A stretch of 64,000 nucleotides of DNA. It comes from an uncultured Planctomycetales bacterium. GTDB taxonomy: Bacteria; Omnitrophota; Gorgyraeia; Gygaellales; Profunditerraquicolaceae. The notes under the pieces are model-generated. The model saw only the letters and a program-made list of their open reading frames with translations. It was not told where the DNA came from and searched no databases. The translations under genes were made by a program, and so were the position numbers. The DNA lies in the NCBI GenBank assembly GCA_964645795.1, contig CAZYCL010000003.1, positions 188,290-252,289 of the forward strand, given 5' to 3'. The stretch's first letter is position 1. Every line of letters starts with the position of its first letter. Of the stretch, positions 24,549 through 34,543 are shown in pieces.

Positions 24549-25483
24549 TTTTTTAGCGGATGGTCGCGGTAATACAAATACAGCGTTGCCGTCGTAATGG
24601 TTATCAGGGCATCTACTATGAAATTTCCGACTAATATTCCCAAAAACACGACTACCAGGACAAACTCGGGGAACACCCTGTTTATCAGAAAAGGCGTACT
24701 GTGTTTGAGTATTGTTATGGGAACGTAACAAAGCATCAATGAAAAGATGATCACCACTGTCGGGAAAAACAGCCGGTAAAAGACAACGAAGGTCCTGTAG
24801 GCGGCTTTTATGATCCCGTTATTTTCATAAACGATAAGCGGGATCATGTAGATCAGCACTGACTGAATACCGAGGGCAAGCAGGAAATTAAGCACCGGCA
24901 GCATCGGCCCCAGCCACCACTGGGCGCCCAGCCAGATAAGGCGCACGTGCCCCACCGCGAAATAACGGGCGATGGTCCCCAGCAAGAATTTGGCTGAAAA
25001 ATAAAAGGTTGCGGTAACGATGAAGGTAACGATAAAAAGGTAAATATATTTCTTAAGGGCTTTGCCGAAGGCGTCTTTAAGCTTCGGGGCTTTGTTATGG
25101 TAAGCATCGGCGACCATATAAACGGTCGTGCCGGTAAGAAGCGAGCCGAAGACGACCGCCATGAACATGCGGGCCAGGGACATGAGCTTGTGGGTAAGAA
25201 GGAAATTATTGGGAAAATGCAGGAATGTCTCTCCCCAGATCGAGCGTATGGGCGGCCCAAGCAGGACTACAAAAGGCTGGCGGGGAGAGATATAGATGAT
25301 TAATAATGCCAGCAGCTCCAACACGCTGAACGCCACGAACGGCAGAAGAAGAACCGGGTACTTTCTTATACTGGCAGTGGCCAAGCTGAAGGCTTGATTC
25401 AAATACTTTAAACCGAATAGTTTAGGTTTTATCATATTTTTAGGGATTAATGAAACTTTGGCTAGGATTTTCAAGTATAACAC
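24545..25483 (-). CDS. Polytopic inner-membrane protein of unknown function, first gene of the TPR-HK-RR operon
   Basis: 312 aa with ~7 hydrophobic helices; stop overlaps the TPR gene start (ATGA). Confidence 0.5.
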   Translation of the reverse strand: MLYLKILAKVSLIPKNMIKPKLFGLKYLNQAFSLATASIRKYPVLLLPFVAFSVLELLALLIIYISPRQPFVVLLGPPIRSIWGETFLHFPNNFLLTHKLMSLARMFMAVVFGSLLTGTTVYMVADAYHNKAPKLKDAFGKALKKYIYLFIVTFIVTATFYFSAKFLLGTIARYFAVGHVRLIWLGAQWWLGPMLPVLNFLLALGIQSVLIYMIPLIVYENNGIIKAAYRTFVVFYRLFFPTVVIIFSLMLCYVPITILKHSTPFLINRVFPEFVLVVVFLGILVGNFIVDALITITTATLYLYYRDHPLKK

Positions 25484-25561
25484 TTGGAGCGGCCTTTGTC
25501 AAGACGCAAAACCCTTAATTTTATTACGGTTAAGGCAAATAAGGGCGGCCGGGATGAGGCC

Positions 25562-28261
25562 TTAGCCGCTGGCAAAAGGCTTTATCTTGAAAAGGAGCTC
25601 CCTGACTGTGCGGGAATAGAATATATTGGTAGTGGCGCTTTCGGGGACGGATATCTTAAGCAGCTTCTGGATCTCAAATAGAAGCTCAAGCTTGCCAAGC
25701 GAATCAAGCCCAAGGTCCAACTCCAGGTTATCGTCAAGCCTGACAGCCCTGCCCAGACGCATTGACAAATACTCGATCACCGTTCTCGAGGCAGCGTCCC
25801 CGGCCTCCTCTTCTGGCTCTAACCCGGCCTTACCCTGCTGCTTGGCCGGATACGAAGGTGATTTGCACTCTCTGGCAAACCTCTCTGCAACCAGCTTTCT
25901 TTTGAGCTTCCCGAGAGCAGTGCGCGGCAGAGATGAGTTGCTTAAAAGAAACCCGTGGACACGCTTATGCTCGCTTAGCCCCTGTGAAAGCGCCTCCAGC
26001 TCCTTCTTAATGGCTACGTCGCTTCTTGCGTTCTCCGAAGGGACGATCACCGCTGCCAGCTGCTTGCTGGTCTCAAAGATGCCTTTCTTAAGCGACAAGA
26101 ATACGCAAGCCTCCTTGATAAGCCGGCTTGTCTGGTAGTGTTTTTCGATCTCTTCGGGGCTTACTTTCTTGCCGGAATCCAGCACGATCGTTTCATCCCT
26201 CCTGCCCAGCACAAAGAGAAACCCGTCCCTGTCGATGCAACCGGCATCTCCGGTGAGGAGCCAGCCGTTCTGCACGACTTTGCTTGAGTCTACCGGAGAC
26301 TGGAAGTAGCCGGCCATGATATTCAGGCCTTTGACCGCAATTTCCCCTACGCCTTTTTTATCAGGATTAAGGATAACCACATCCACATGCGGGATAGGCT
26401 TTCCAACAGAGCCTATCTTACAGGACTGCGGAGTATTCCAGGAAACTACCGGAGAGGCTTCCGTAAGGCCGTAACCCTCAAGGAGCGTAAAACCCCATTT
26501 ATAGAAGTCCTTTACGATATAACTCTCAAGGCTCGCCCCGCCGCTGACCATGAATCTCAGGCTGCTGCCGAAGATACGATGGATCTTGGCGAAGATACGT
26601 TTGGCGGGATTTAATCCAAACAGGCTTCTAACCAGCCAACAAACCTCTTCAGCCAGCTTAATGAACCCCCTGCTGATAAAAACCATCCTGCTAAGCCTGT
26701 CCTTTACCTGCCGGTGCAGAAGAGCGAATATCTGCGGCACGGCGGTAAAGATGGTCACCCTGGTTGCGGCGATACACTCGATAATACTATCAAGGTTCAT
26801 GGACGATGGAAAGCTTACTTTTGCTCCCGCAAGCAAGGGGAGGACGCAGTTTACCATAAAAGGATAGGGGTGATAAAACGGGAGCATCGAAATAAAGACG
26901 TCGTCAGCACGGCATAAGCCGGTATTTACTATTGAATTAAAGTTGGAGATGATGTTTTGCTGAGAAAGCATCACCAGCTTAGGGATGGTCTGAGAGGTAG
27001 CGGTAGTCCCCGAGGTATAAAAAAGCAGCGCCGTGTCATCTGCGTCCGGATAGCTTAATCCGAGGATGTCCTGAGCTAACATTTTTTGGATCTGCGCCTG
27101 CGCCTGGAAAGAATCAATAACCAGGTTTTCCGCGACCTTCTGGCCCTGTGAAGCCAGTTCCAAGAGGTTAGACAGGTTTTTTTCCTGACAGATCACCAGC
27201 CTCGGATAGCAAAGCCTTAGCCGCTGGTAAAGCTCTTCTTGCGTAAGCGCCGGGTCTATGGGCACAACCGCGCACTGATTATACTGCAGGGCAAGAAAGG
27301 CCTGGAGCCACTGCGGCGAGTTTTCAAGATAGATCACCACTCTATCTCTGGGCCTTATCCCTATACTATGTAAGTAGTTACCAAACTTAAGGCTGCTCAG
27401 ATAGAGGTCTGAAAATGTAAACTCTTCAAATACCTCCTCCCTCTTATATGCGGCTGCCGCCTTTTCTGGATTGAGCTTAGCGACGCCGGCAAATGCATTG
27501 AAGACCCCCGGTATAAGGTCAGAGGCAGCCAGCTCCACCTCATGCTTAGGCCAGAACTCGCTCTCCAGCCCTTCGAGAAAATACTTCTGGAAGAAATCCG
27601 GGAATTTCCTGCTGACGCTGTTTTCTATCTCGTTAAGCTTTGCCAGGTAGGGCTTGACCGGGCCGTAATAATCTATCTCGTCTCCGATGGGATGAAAAGT
27701 AAATCCGTGAAAACACAAAAGCTTCCAGAGCGACTCCTCCATGCAGGCAAACCAATAGTTGATCCCCAGGCGCTTGCAATCCTGGTACATCTCGCGGTAC
27801 AAACCGAAGGCCATTGGCCGCATACGTTGAGCAGGCCCCTGAGCCTGAGGGAGAGGAGGCTTCTCCTGGAAATCCGGCGAGTAGTAAAGACCGTCTGCGG
27901 CCCTCTTTCGGTACTCTTTGCTTATTACCAACCGCGATACTTCAGCCAGGCGGTTACGCGGCAGCTTAGCAGTGTCGATATTGAGCCTGCCGCGGTAATG
28001 CTCCTCTAAGGGAAAACCGAGGTTGGAGTTAAGGATAAGCCGGGCGGTCCCGACCAGGCCCTTGGCGTCCTCAATGGCGAACTGAAGCGAATGCGCGTCA
28101 TACTGGTCCTGCTCGATCCTCAACGGATAATCTTCGGGCTTGAGGAACCGGCACTCTTCGCAGTAGACCTTATAGCGCAGCTTGAATATCTCGCTTAAGA
28201 GCTCGGGCGAATCAGCCTTGCTGAAGCTAAACTCCGTATTCCCAATGAGTTCTTTATGCAT
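25562..28261 (-). CDS. Tri-domain fusion: exosortase-system-type N-acyl amino acid synthase (GNAT-like) + AMP-dependent acyl-CoA ligase + C-terminal acyl carrier protein domain (ATG 28261 with RBS ggaga)
   Basis: N-terminal ~270 aa autoinducer-synthase-like acyltransferase (LRYKVYCEECRFL); central AMP-binding domain (TSGTTATSQ..., GYGLTEASP); C-terminal LGLDSLGKLEL phosphopantetheine-attachment motif. Confidence 0.6.
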   Translation of the reverse strand: MHKELIGNTEFSFSKADSPELLSEIFKLRYKVYCEECRFLKPEDYPLRIEQDQYDAHSLQFAIEDAKGLVGTARLILNSNLGFPLEEHYRGRLNIDTAKLPRNRLAEVSRLVISKEYRKRAADGLYYSPDFQEKPPLPQAQGPAQRMRPMAFGLYREMYQDCKRLGINYWFACMEESLWKLLCFHGFTFHPIGDEIDYYGPVKPYLAKLNEIENSVSRKFPDFFQKYFLEGLESEFWPKHEVELAASDLIPGVFNAFAGVAKLNPEKAAAAYKREEVFEEFTFSDLYLSSLKFGNYLHSIGIRPRDRVVIYLENSPQWLQAFLALQYNQCAVVPIDPALTQEELYQRLRLCYPRLVICQEKNLSNLLELASQGQKVAENLVIDSFQAQAQIQKMLAQDILGLSYPDADDTALLFYTSGTTATSQTIPKLVMLSQQNIISNFNSIVNTGLCRADDVFISMLPFYHPYPFMVNCVLPLLAGAKVSFPSSMNLDSIIECIAATRVTIFTAVPQIFALLHRQVKDRLSRMVFISRGFIKLAEEVCWLVRSLFGLNPAKRIFAKIHRIFGSSLRFMVSGGASLESYIVKDFYKWGFTLLEGYGLTEASPVVSWNTPQSCKIGSVGKPIPHVDVVILNPDKKGVGEIAVKGLNIMAGYFQSPVDSSKVVQNGWLLTGDAGCIDRDGFLFVLGRRDETIVLDSGKKVSPEEIEKHYQTSRLIKEACVFLSLKKGIFETSKQLAAVIVPSENARSDVAIKKELEALSQGLSEHKRVHGFLLSNSSLPRTALGKLKRKLVAERFARECKSPSYPAKQQGKAGLEPEEEAGDAASRTVIEYLSMRLGRAVRLDDNLELDLGLDSLGKLELLFEIQKLLKISVPESATTNIFYSRTVRELLFKIKPFASG

Positions 28262-28319
28262 GCGTTCTCCGAATGCCCTCAGTTTAACACACCGACCGTA
28301 TCGAGTCAAATATTATAGA

Positions 28320-28352
28320 GGGACGGTTCTCAAAACAATTTAGAACTGTCCC
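28320..28352. repeat. REP-like palindrome (GGGACGGTTCT...AGAACTGTCCC) in a divergent intergenic region
   Basis: gggacggttctcaaaacaatttagaactgtccc. Confidence 0.4.
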
Positions 28353-28463
28353 CTTTCGAGTATTCGAGAGGGACACTTTTAGATTGTCTTGAGAAGCGTC
28401 CCTGTGGTTTACGCAGTTTTGTTGTTGACTGCTTCCGGTTAACTACTTATAATATTGTCTGTC

Positions 28464-29210
28464 ATGAGGATAGCAAAATTTATAATTATCTTCCTCCTGC
28501 TTCTTCCTCTCTCCTCTCAAGCCGGTCAGCTCAACGCCAAGGAGATGATCAGGCGCGCAGATGACCTTTTGCGCGGCGACACATCTTCAGGCACATACGA
28601 GATGAAAGTAACCACCCCTGCCTGGAGCCGAACGTTAAAACTTAACGCTATATCCAAAGACAAGAATAAAACATTCATCAAAATCCTCTCGCCGGCAAAA
28701 GAAGCCGGCATTACAACTCTTCGCGTCGACAATAATATGTGGAACTACCTGCCCAAGGTTGAAAGGACGATAAAAGTCCCCCCCTCGATGATGCTGGAGC
28801 CGTGGATGGGCAGCGACTTCTCTAACGACGACCTGGTCAAAGAAAGCAGCATCGTTAACGATTACGAGCATTCCATTGAAGCCGATGATGAAGTCGGCGG
28901 TGTACCGGCATACAAAATCCGGCTTATCCCAAAGCCTGATGCCGCGGTCACCTGGGGAAAGCTCTACTACTGGGTAAAGAAAGACGATAATACTCCCCTT
29001 AAAGAAGAGTTTTACGACGAGCACGGCAAGCTCATCAAAACCCTGGATTATTCCCAAATAAAGAAAATGTCCGACCGTAAGATCCCGACGCTCTGGGCCA
29101 TGCGCTCAAACGTCAAACCCGGTAATATTACTGTAATAAAAGTCCTAAATATAATCTATAATCAACCGATTGATGAAAACGTATTCAGCCTGCAGAACCT
29201 GAAAAAGTAG
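28464..29210 (+). CDS. LolA-like outer-membrane lipoprotein-sorting family protein (secreted); ATG 28464, the ORF-track TTG at 28455 is less likely
   Basis: Signal peptide IAKFIIIFLLLLPLSSQAG; beta-rich ~230 aa mature domain; genomic partner of the FtsX-type ABC permease. Confidence 0.5.
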   Translation: MRIAKFIIIFLLLLPLSSQAGQLNAKEMIRRADDLLRGDTSSGTYEMKVTTPAWSRTLKLNAISKDKNKTFIKILSPAKEAGITTLRVDNNMWNYLPKVERTIKVPPSMMLEPWMGSDFSNDDLVKESSIVNDYEHSIEADDEVGGVPAYKIRLIPKPDAAVTWGKLYYWVKKDDNTPLKEEFYDEHGKLIKTLDYSQIKKMSDRKIPTLWAMRSNVKPGNITVIKVLNIIYNQPIDENVFSLQNLKK

Positions 29211-29218
29211 CCGGATTT

Positions 29219-29255
29219 GGGGACGGTTCCGGGACCTGTCCCCGGAACCGTCCCC
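29219..29255. repeat. REP-like perfect palindrome GGGGACGGTTCCGGG-acctgtc-CCCGGAACCGTCCCC
   Basis: 15-bp perfect arms; lies between the LolA-like and permease genes. Confidence 0.5.
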
Positions 29256-29265
29256 AAAAATAGAA

Positions 29266-30486
29266 ATGCTAATCTTTCTAAAAATAGCGCTGCGCAACAT
29301 TCTACGCAACAAATTCCGCAGCCTCCTTACGATAGCGGCCATTGCCATCGGCTTTGCCAGCCTGGTATTCATCCGCGCCTTTGTCGACGGCTCGCATTAC
29401 CAGATGATCGAAAACTACACCGACCTTCTCTCCGGGCATATCCAGATACACGCAAAAGGTTTTCAGGATGATATGTCCCTGGCCAAAAGCATACAAAACC
29501 CCGCGGCCATTCAACAAAGACTAAAAGGCATGGAAGGCGTAAGCGCCTCGTCAAAGCGCATAAAAGAGTTCGTGCTTGTCAGCAGCGCGCAGAATTCATC
29601 GGGCGTGCTGCTTTTAGGGGTGGAGCCTTTAAGCGAAGAGCGAGTAAGCAAGCTGCACAAACGCGTGCGCGAAGGAAAATTCCTTGATTCCGACGACCAG
29701 ATGGTCATAGGAAAAAAGCTGGCGCAGTCGCTTAAAGCCGGCCTCTTCGACAAGATCGTCATCATGGCCCAGGGCGCTGACGGCAGCCTTTGCAGCGGGG
29801 TGTATCGCATCTCGGGGCTGCTTGATACAGGCGCCGAAGAATTGGATAAAAACCTGGCGATAATCACTTTAAAAGCCGCACAGGAGATGCTGGTCATGGA
29901 CGCAGCGGCCTCGGAGATCGCCGTGCGCACCAAAGACGTAGAAAAAGCCGTCTTCTACGCGCAACTCATCAAAAAGGGCCTGAATGACCCAAGGCTTGAG
30001 ATATTAAGCTGGGATGAGATCTCCCCCATCATTATGCAGTGGGTGGAGTTTGACGTAGCCTTTATAAATATGATCCTATTCGTGGTATTGCTGGTAGTGG
30101 CGGCCGGGATACTCAATACCCTGATGATGGGGATATTGGAGCGCATACGCGAATTCGGGATAATGCTTGCGCTGGGGACAAAAAGACTCCAGATAATGCT
30201 TTTGGTAATAATGGAGTCCTGCATCCTTGGCCTATTAGGGCTTTTTATCGGAGCCATCGCAAGCGTTGCGCTCTCCGGTTACTTCGGGGCAAAAGGCGTA
30301 GATTTATCCAAATTCTCGACGGCGCTTAACAATTATTACACCGGCTCGGTGATCTATACCCGGCTAGACCCTTCGGCAATGACCGAATATGCGTTAGTGG
30401 TACTAGCTGCCAGCATACTGATAGCGATTTTGCCGGCATGGAAAGCGGCGAATTTGAAGCCGACTGAAGCGATTTATAAAATATAA
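29266..30486 (+). CDS. ABC transporter permease, FtsX/MacB/LolE-like (4 TM helices with a large periplasmic domain)
   Basis: 406 aa; N-terminal TM, ~230-aa periplasmic domain, C-terminal FtsX-type three-TM bundle. Confidence 0.7.
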   Translation: MLIFLKIALRNILRNKFRSLLTIAAIAIGFASLVFIRAFVDGSHYQMIENYTDLLSGHIQIHAKGFQDDMSLAKSIQNPAAIQQRLKGMEGVSASSKRIKEFVLVSSAQNSSGVLLLGVEPLSEERVSKLHKRVREGKFLDSDDQMVIGKKLAQSLKAGLFDKIVIMAQGADGSLCSGVYRISGLLDTGAEELDKNLAIITLKAAQEMLVMDAAASEIAVRTKDVEKAVFYAQLIKKGLNDPRLEILSWDEISPIIMQWVEFDVAFINMILFVVLLVVAAGILNTLMMGILERIREFGIMLALGTKRLQIMLLVIMESCILGLLGLFIGAIASVALSGYFGAKGVDLSKFSTALNNYYTGSVIYTRLDPSAMTEYALVVLAASILIAILPAWKAANLKPTEAIYKI

Positions 30487-31157
30487 TGGCATTGATCGAA
30501 ATTAAAGAGCTTACGAAGACTTACCAACAAAAAGGCTCGCCTTCTACGCAGGCCCTGCGCGGCATTGACCTGGCCATTGAGGAAGCTTCATTCCTGGCTA
30601 TAGCCGGGCCTTCCGGCTCAGGCAAAACCACTCTGCTTAACATGATCGGCTGCCTGGACAGGCCTGACTCCGGGTTCATCTCTATCGAAGGCGACGTCGT
30701 ATCCGACCTTTCTGCGCCCCGCCTGTCGGGATTCCGCCTTAACAAGATCGGATTTGTCTTTCAATCATACAACCTTTTCTATCAACTAACTGCGCTTGAG
30801 AATGTGGAGTACGTGATGCTGCTTCAGGGGGCCGGAGCCGATTTACGCGCAAAAAAAGCCATTGAGATGCTGGAAAAGGTCGGCCTCAAAGACCAGGCCT
30901 CAAAATACCCCGGAAAGCTAAGCGGCGGACAACAGCAAAGAGTAGCGGTAGCCCGCGCCCTCGCCTCCTCTCCCCGCATTATCCTGGCTGATGAGCCTAC
31001 GGCAAACCTGGATTCCGTGACCGCTGCGGGCCTCATTGATTTGATGAGAGAACTTAACCGCCAGATGAAGACCACCTTCATCTTCTCCACCCACGACAAG
31101 ATGGTGATGGATAAGGCCGAGCGGCTCGTTTTACTTAAGGATGGGAAAATTGCGTAG
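30486..31157 (+). CDS. ABC transporter ATP-binding protein (LolD/MacB-type)
   Basis: Walker A GPSGSGKTT, signature LSGGQQQRV, Walker B ILADEPT; 1-nt start/stop overlap with the permease gene. Confidence 0.85.
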   Translation: MALIEIKELTKTYQQKGSPSTQALRGIDLAIEEASFLAIAGPSGSGKTTLLNMIGCLDRPDSGFISIEGDVVSDLSAPRLSGFRLNKIGFVFQSYNLFYQLTALENVEYVMLLQGAGADLRAKKAIEMLEKVGLKDQASKYPGKLSGGQQQRVAVARALASSPRIILADEPTANLDSVTAAGLIDLMRELNRQMKTTFIFSTHDKMVMDKAERLVLLKDGKIA

Positions 31158-32322
31158 AGGCTGTCCCGTCATTGGCAATAGCTTCCTCTCTTTGCTTCTG
31201 GTTGCAGTATTTTTACCGCTTGCCCTGCCCGCAGCGTCTGCCGAAGACAAACTCAACTTCTCCGGCTCCTACAAGAACCTCTTTACCAGCTCCAAAGCTG
31301 CCTGCGACAACCAGACTCTCTATGCCGTTACCCAGCGCCTAAGGCTGCAGATCGAGCCGCAGCTTACGGACGAACTTTCCGCTCTTATCGCTTATGACAA
31401 CGAGTTTATACTAAGCGACTTCTCACGGACAGCTGATTTTGGACCGGTACGCCAAAAAAACCAGAAAACTTTGAACTTCTGGGACGCGGACAAGGTAATG
31501 GCTGACCGCAGCCACTTCTACTGGAAGACCGGTTTATACCGCGCCTACCTTAAGTACGCCTCGAAATCCCTGCACTGCACTGCCGGAAAACTGGCCATTG
31601 ACTGGTCAAGAATGAAGTTCTATGGCCCTCTGGATATCTTTAACGCCGTCTCACCTCTTGATATCGAGCGTGATGAGCGGATTGGCGTGGATGCCGTTAA
31701 CTTGGAGTATTTTCCAACGGGATTTAGCGCCATACAGCTTATCTATATACCGCATAAAAACGATGAGCGTTCAGGCATAGCGCTTAAGGCAGGGCAGAAA
31801 ATCAAAGATTACGACCTCGGTATAAATGTATCTTATTATAAAAAAGAGCTTATGGCAGGCGCTTCTTTTGACGGCTATATTAAAGATGCCGGTCTGCGCG
31901 GCGAGGTAAGCTTCCATAGGCCGGATGACCGCAGGGAGTTTATCCGGGCTGCGATCGGCTCGGACTACAACTTCAATCCCAAGCTCTACGGGGTATTCGA
32001 ATACTTCTTTAACGGCGGCAGGGCGGCTGATGCCGCACAGTTTTCAGGCTCATACGAGTACTCGCGCCAGAGGCTTACGCTTTTTAAGCATATACTCTCG
32101 GCAGGCCTGGAGTACGCCCTGTCGGGTATCACCAAACTATGCGGCTATCTCTTTTACGACTGCCAGAAAAAAAGCTTTTTCTATAATCCTGAAATACGCT
32201 ATAATGTCTTGAGTAACCTCGATTTTACATGCGGCGCCCAGCTTTTCTCGGGCAGCGATACTCAGAGCGAATTTGGCGGCTACAACAACCTGTACTACGC
32301 CCAATTAAAGTTTTATTTCTAA
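31141..32322 (+). CDS. Putative outer-membrane beta-barrel protein
   Basis: Signal peptide ...PLALPAASA; alternating amphipathic beta pattern; C-terminal ...YAQLKFYF with terminal Phe. Confidence 0.4.
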   Translation: MGKLRRGCPVIGNSFLSLLLVAVFLPLALPAASAEDKLNFSGSYKNLFTSSKAACDNQTLYAVTQRLRLQIEPQLTDELSALIAYDNEFILSDFSRTADFGPVRQKNQKTLNFWDADKVMADRSHFYWKTGLYRAYLKYASKSLHCTAGKLAIDWSRMKFYGPLDIFNAVSPLDIERDERIGVDAVNLEYFPTGFSAIQLIYIPHKNDERSGIALKAGQKIKDYDLGINVSYYKKELMAGASFDGYIKDAGLRGEVSFHRPDDRREFIRAAIGSDYNFNPKLYGVFEYFFNGGRAADAAQFSGSYEYSRQRLTLFKHILSAGLEYALSGITKLCGYLFYDCQKKSFFYNPEIRYNVLSNLDFTCGAQLFSGSDTQSEFGGYNNLYYAQLKFYF

Positions 32323-32351
32323 TATGAGCGGTCGAAGCATTCATTAAACGG

Positions 32352-33860
32352 GTGACTTGGGATGTTTTTGAGCCGCGTGCTGCGGCGAGAAAATATCCCA
32401 AGGCAGGACCGTTTCCGAAAATTAACATGAACGGACTTTCAAAGCTGATCGAACAGTACAAGCGCCGCAAGATCATCCAGCTGCTTAAAAACTCCTCTCC
32501 TGAGGCCATCGAGCAGATGGGCACGCGCGCCCTCATCCCTGCCTTCCGCCGCGCAGCCACCAAAATGCCTGCCTACAAGAAGATATTAAGCGAAAATAAT
32601 ATCGATCACAGACAAGTCACCGACGAGAAAAGCTTCAAGAAAACAGTTCCTGTGCTGGATAAACAATCGGTCTTCGGCAGGTTTGAAGATATCGAAGAGC
32701 TCTGCGTAGGCGGCACCATAAAGAATATGAAGCTGGCCATGACCAGCTCCGGTTTTTCCGGATGCTTCTCTTACGGCATAAACACGGTTTACAACCAGCG
32801 CAATATCGCCAAATCCATCGATACCGCCCTTGAATACGTCTTTGACATAAGCAGAAAAAAGACCTTTATCGTCAACTGCCTGCCAATGGGCGTAAAGGTC
32901 TCCACCTCTCTTATGCTTTCAGAGAACAGCGTGCGCGAAGACATGGCCCTGGCCATTATCAAGAAATTCTCCCCTAAGTTTGACCAAACCGTAGTTGTTG
33001 CCGACCCCAACTATCTTAAGAAGCTGGCTGAAGACGCCAATGAGAAGAAGCTCATAGACTGGAACAAGCTTAACATAAACTTTATTTCCGGCGAAGACTG
33101 GTTCTCAGAGTCTTTCCGCTCATACCTGGCGCATCTTATTGAGATTGACCTGGATAATCCTGGCGAGCGCATGATCGGCACCACTATGGGTGTGGCGGAG
33201 CTTGATCTCAACCTTTTCCATGAATCAAAGTTCACTATCCAGATACGGCGAAATGTCCAGCAAAATCAAGCACTTAGGAGAGAGTTGTTCGGGGATGACT
33301 GCGTGGTCGCACCGATTATCTTCCATTACTATCCTCATCGCATCATTCTGGAAGCCCTTCCCGAAGACTCAAACGATAAAGAACTGGTCTTCTCTATGCT
33401 TAGCCCCCATATGCTTGTGCCGCTTATGCGTTATAACTCCAAGGACCGCGGCTGGATATTCAGCTACAACCAAATGAAGGGCATTTTAGCCAAACACGGC
33501 CTCCAGGATATCACACCCGATATTAAGCTGCCCTGCGTGGCCGTAGGAGGCAGAAAAGACCGTTTTTTAATGGCTAGTGGGCATACCCCGGTTTACCCGG
33601 AGGAGATTAAACAAGGCCTTTATGAAGATTTTGAGGCAGCAGCCAGGACCACCGGATACTTCTTTCTTAACCCCGCGGACGGTGGCAGGCTGGAAGTTCA
33701 GCTAAAAGACGGGATCTTTGTCAGTGAAGAACTGAGGCACCGCTTCGAGAGATGCTGCTTCAAATACACCCGCACATCCCTTCCTCTCATTCTCTATTCA
33801 TACCGAGACTTCCCGCACGGGATGGTCCTTGACTACGAACGCAAGTTCAAACATATTTAA
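32352..33860 (+). CDS. Phenylacetate-CoA ligase-like (CapK/PaaK family) adenylate-forming enzyme; true start possibly ATG ~32426
   Basis: LAMTSSGFSGCFSYGIN resembles the PaaK P-loop (T/SSGTTG); ~480 aa typical of CapK-like proteins in polysaccharide loci. Confidence 0.45.
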   Translation: MTWDVFEPRAAARKYPKAGPFPKINMNGLSKLIEQYKRRKIIQLLKNSSPEAIEQMGTRALIPAFRRAATKMPAYKKILSENNIDHRQVTDEKSFKKTVPVLDKQSVFGRFEDIEELCVGGTIKNMKLAMTSSGFSGCFSYGINTVYNQRNIAKSIDTALEYVFDISRKKTFIVNCLPMGVKVSTSLMLSENSVREDMALAIIKKFSPKFDQTVVVADPNYLKKLAEDANEKKLIDWNKLNINFISGEDWFSESFRSYLAHLIEIDLDNPGERMIGTTMGVAELDLNLFHESKFTIQIRRNVQQNQALRRELFGDDCVVAPIIFHYYPHRIILEALPEDSNDKELVFSMLSPHMLVPLMRYNSKDRGWIFSYNQMKGILAKHGLQDITPDIKLPCVAVGGRKDRFLMASGHTPVYPEEIKQGLYEDFEAAARTTGYFFLNPADGGRLEVQLKDGIFVSEELRHRFERCCFKYTRTSLPLILYSYRDFPHGMVLDYERKFKHI

Positions 33861-33867
33861 GCAAAAT

Positions 33868-33933
33868 GGGGACGGCTCTCTAAAGAGGGCATCTAAAGGA
33901 AATGGGGACGGTTCTCTTTAGAGAACCGTCCCC
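33868..33933. repeat. REP-like palindrome pair (partial copy + full copy GGGGACGGTTCTCTTTAGAGAACCGTCCCC) acting as a convergent terminator
   Basis: ggggacggctctctaaagagggcatc ... ggggacggttctctttagagaaccgtcccc. Confidence 0.5.
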
Positions 33934-33976
33934 ATTTATCACGAGGTTTTACCCTCGCGCGCTCAACTCCTATCCC

Positions 33977-34543
33977 TTACATAACCCTCTTGCGCAGCTT
34001 AAAGCCGAACAACCCGGCCAGGCCGAGGCCTAAAAGCGAGATGCTTGCGGGCTCGGGGACTACGCTATTATCAGTAGTAGTGGTGATACTGCCGTAATTA
34101 AACCACCACAATGTATAAAGATTCTCTCCTCGCCTGACACCATCCATCTGAATATGGTCATTGCTTACGGGGAAATACCCATCGCCAACGGGTGCCCACA
34201 TTCCGTTGGAAGGTTGATCGCTAAGAAGATAGTATGTCTGACCGGCATCAAGGCCCCAGGACACATCCGCAAAATATGAAGTATTTCCTGCGGGAGAAGA
34301 AAGGGTTTCCAGAATCGAAAAGCTGTCATCCATTAACCAAATAGTATCCGCGCTGCCCTGATTATAAAAAACGAAGCTATCCAGGGTAACATCCATTAAA
34401 GCGGTCAGCTGCATCCCCGCATCATCCCAGTTGCCAATAGGGAAAGGCAGTGACGGGCCATTCATTACCTGCGTATCCGCAAAAACCTGGCCGCAGCACA
34501 TACCGACCAATAAAAATGCCAAAAGAACTACTTTTACTTTCAC
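33977..34543 (-). CDS. PEP-CTERM sorting-domain protein (secreted, exosortase substrate) 8 of 8
   Basis: N-terminal signal peptide; C-terminal VPEPASISLLGLGLAGLFGFKLRKR. Confidence 0.7.
   Translation of the reverse strand: MKVKVVLLAFLLVGMCCGQVFADTQVMNGPSLPFPIGNWDDAGMQLTALMDVTLDSFVFYNQGSADTIWLMDDSFSILETLSSPAGNTSYFADVSWGLDAGQTYYLLSDQPSNGMWAPVGDGYFPVSNDHIQMDGVRRGENLYTLWWFNYGSITTTTDNSVVPEPASISLLGLGLAGLFGFKLRKRVM

Noticed and set aside
25484-25681. 65-aa plus-strand ORF between the membrane-protein gene and the acyl-fusion gene
   Set aside because: It overlaps the 3' end of the large minus-strand gene and has no RBS; most likely intergenic or antisense noise.
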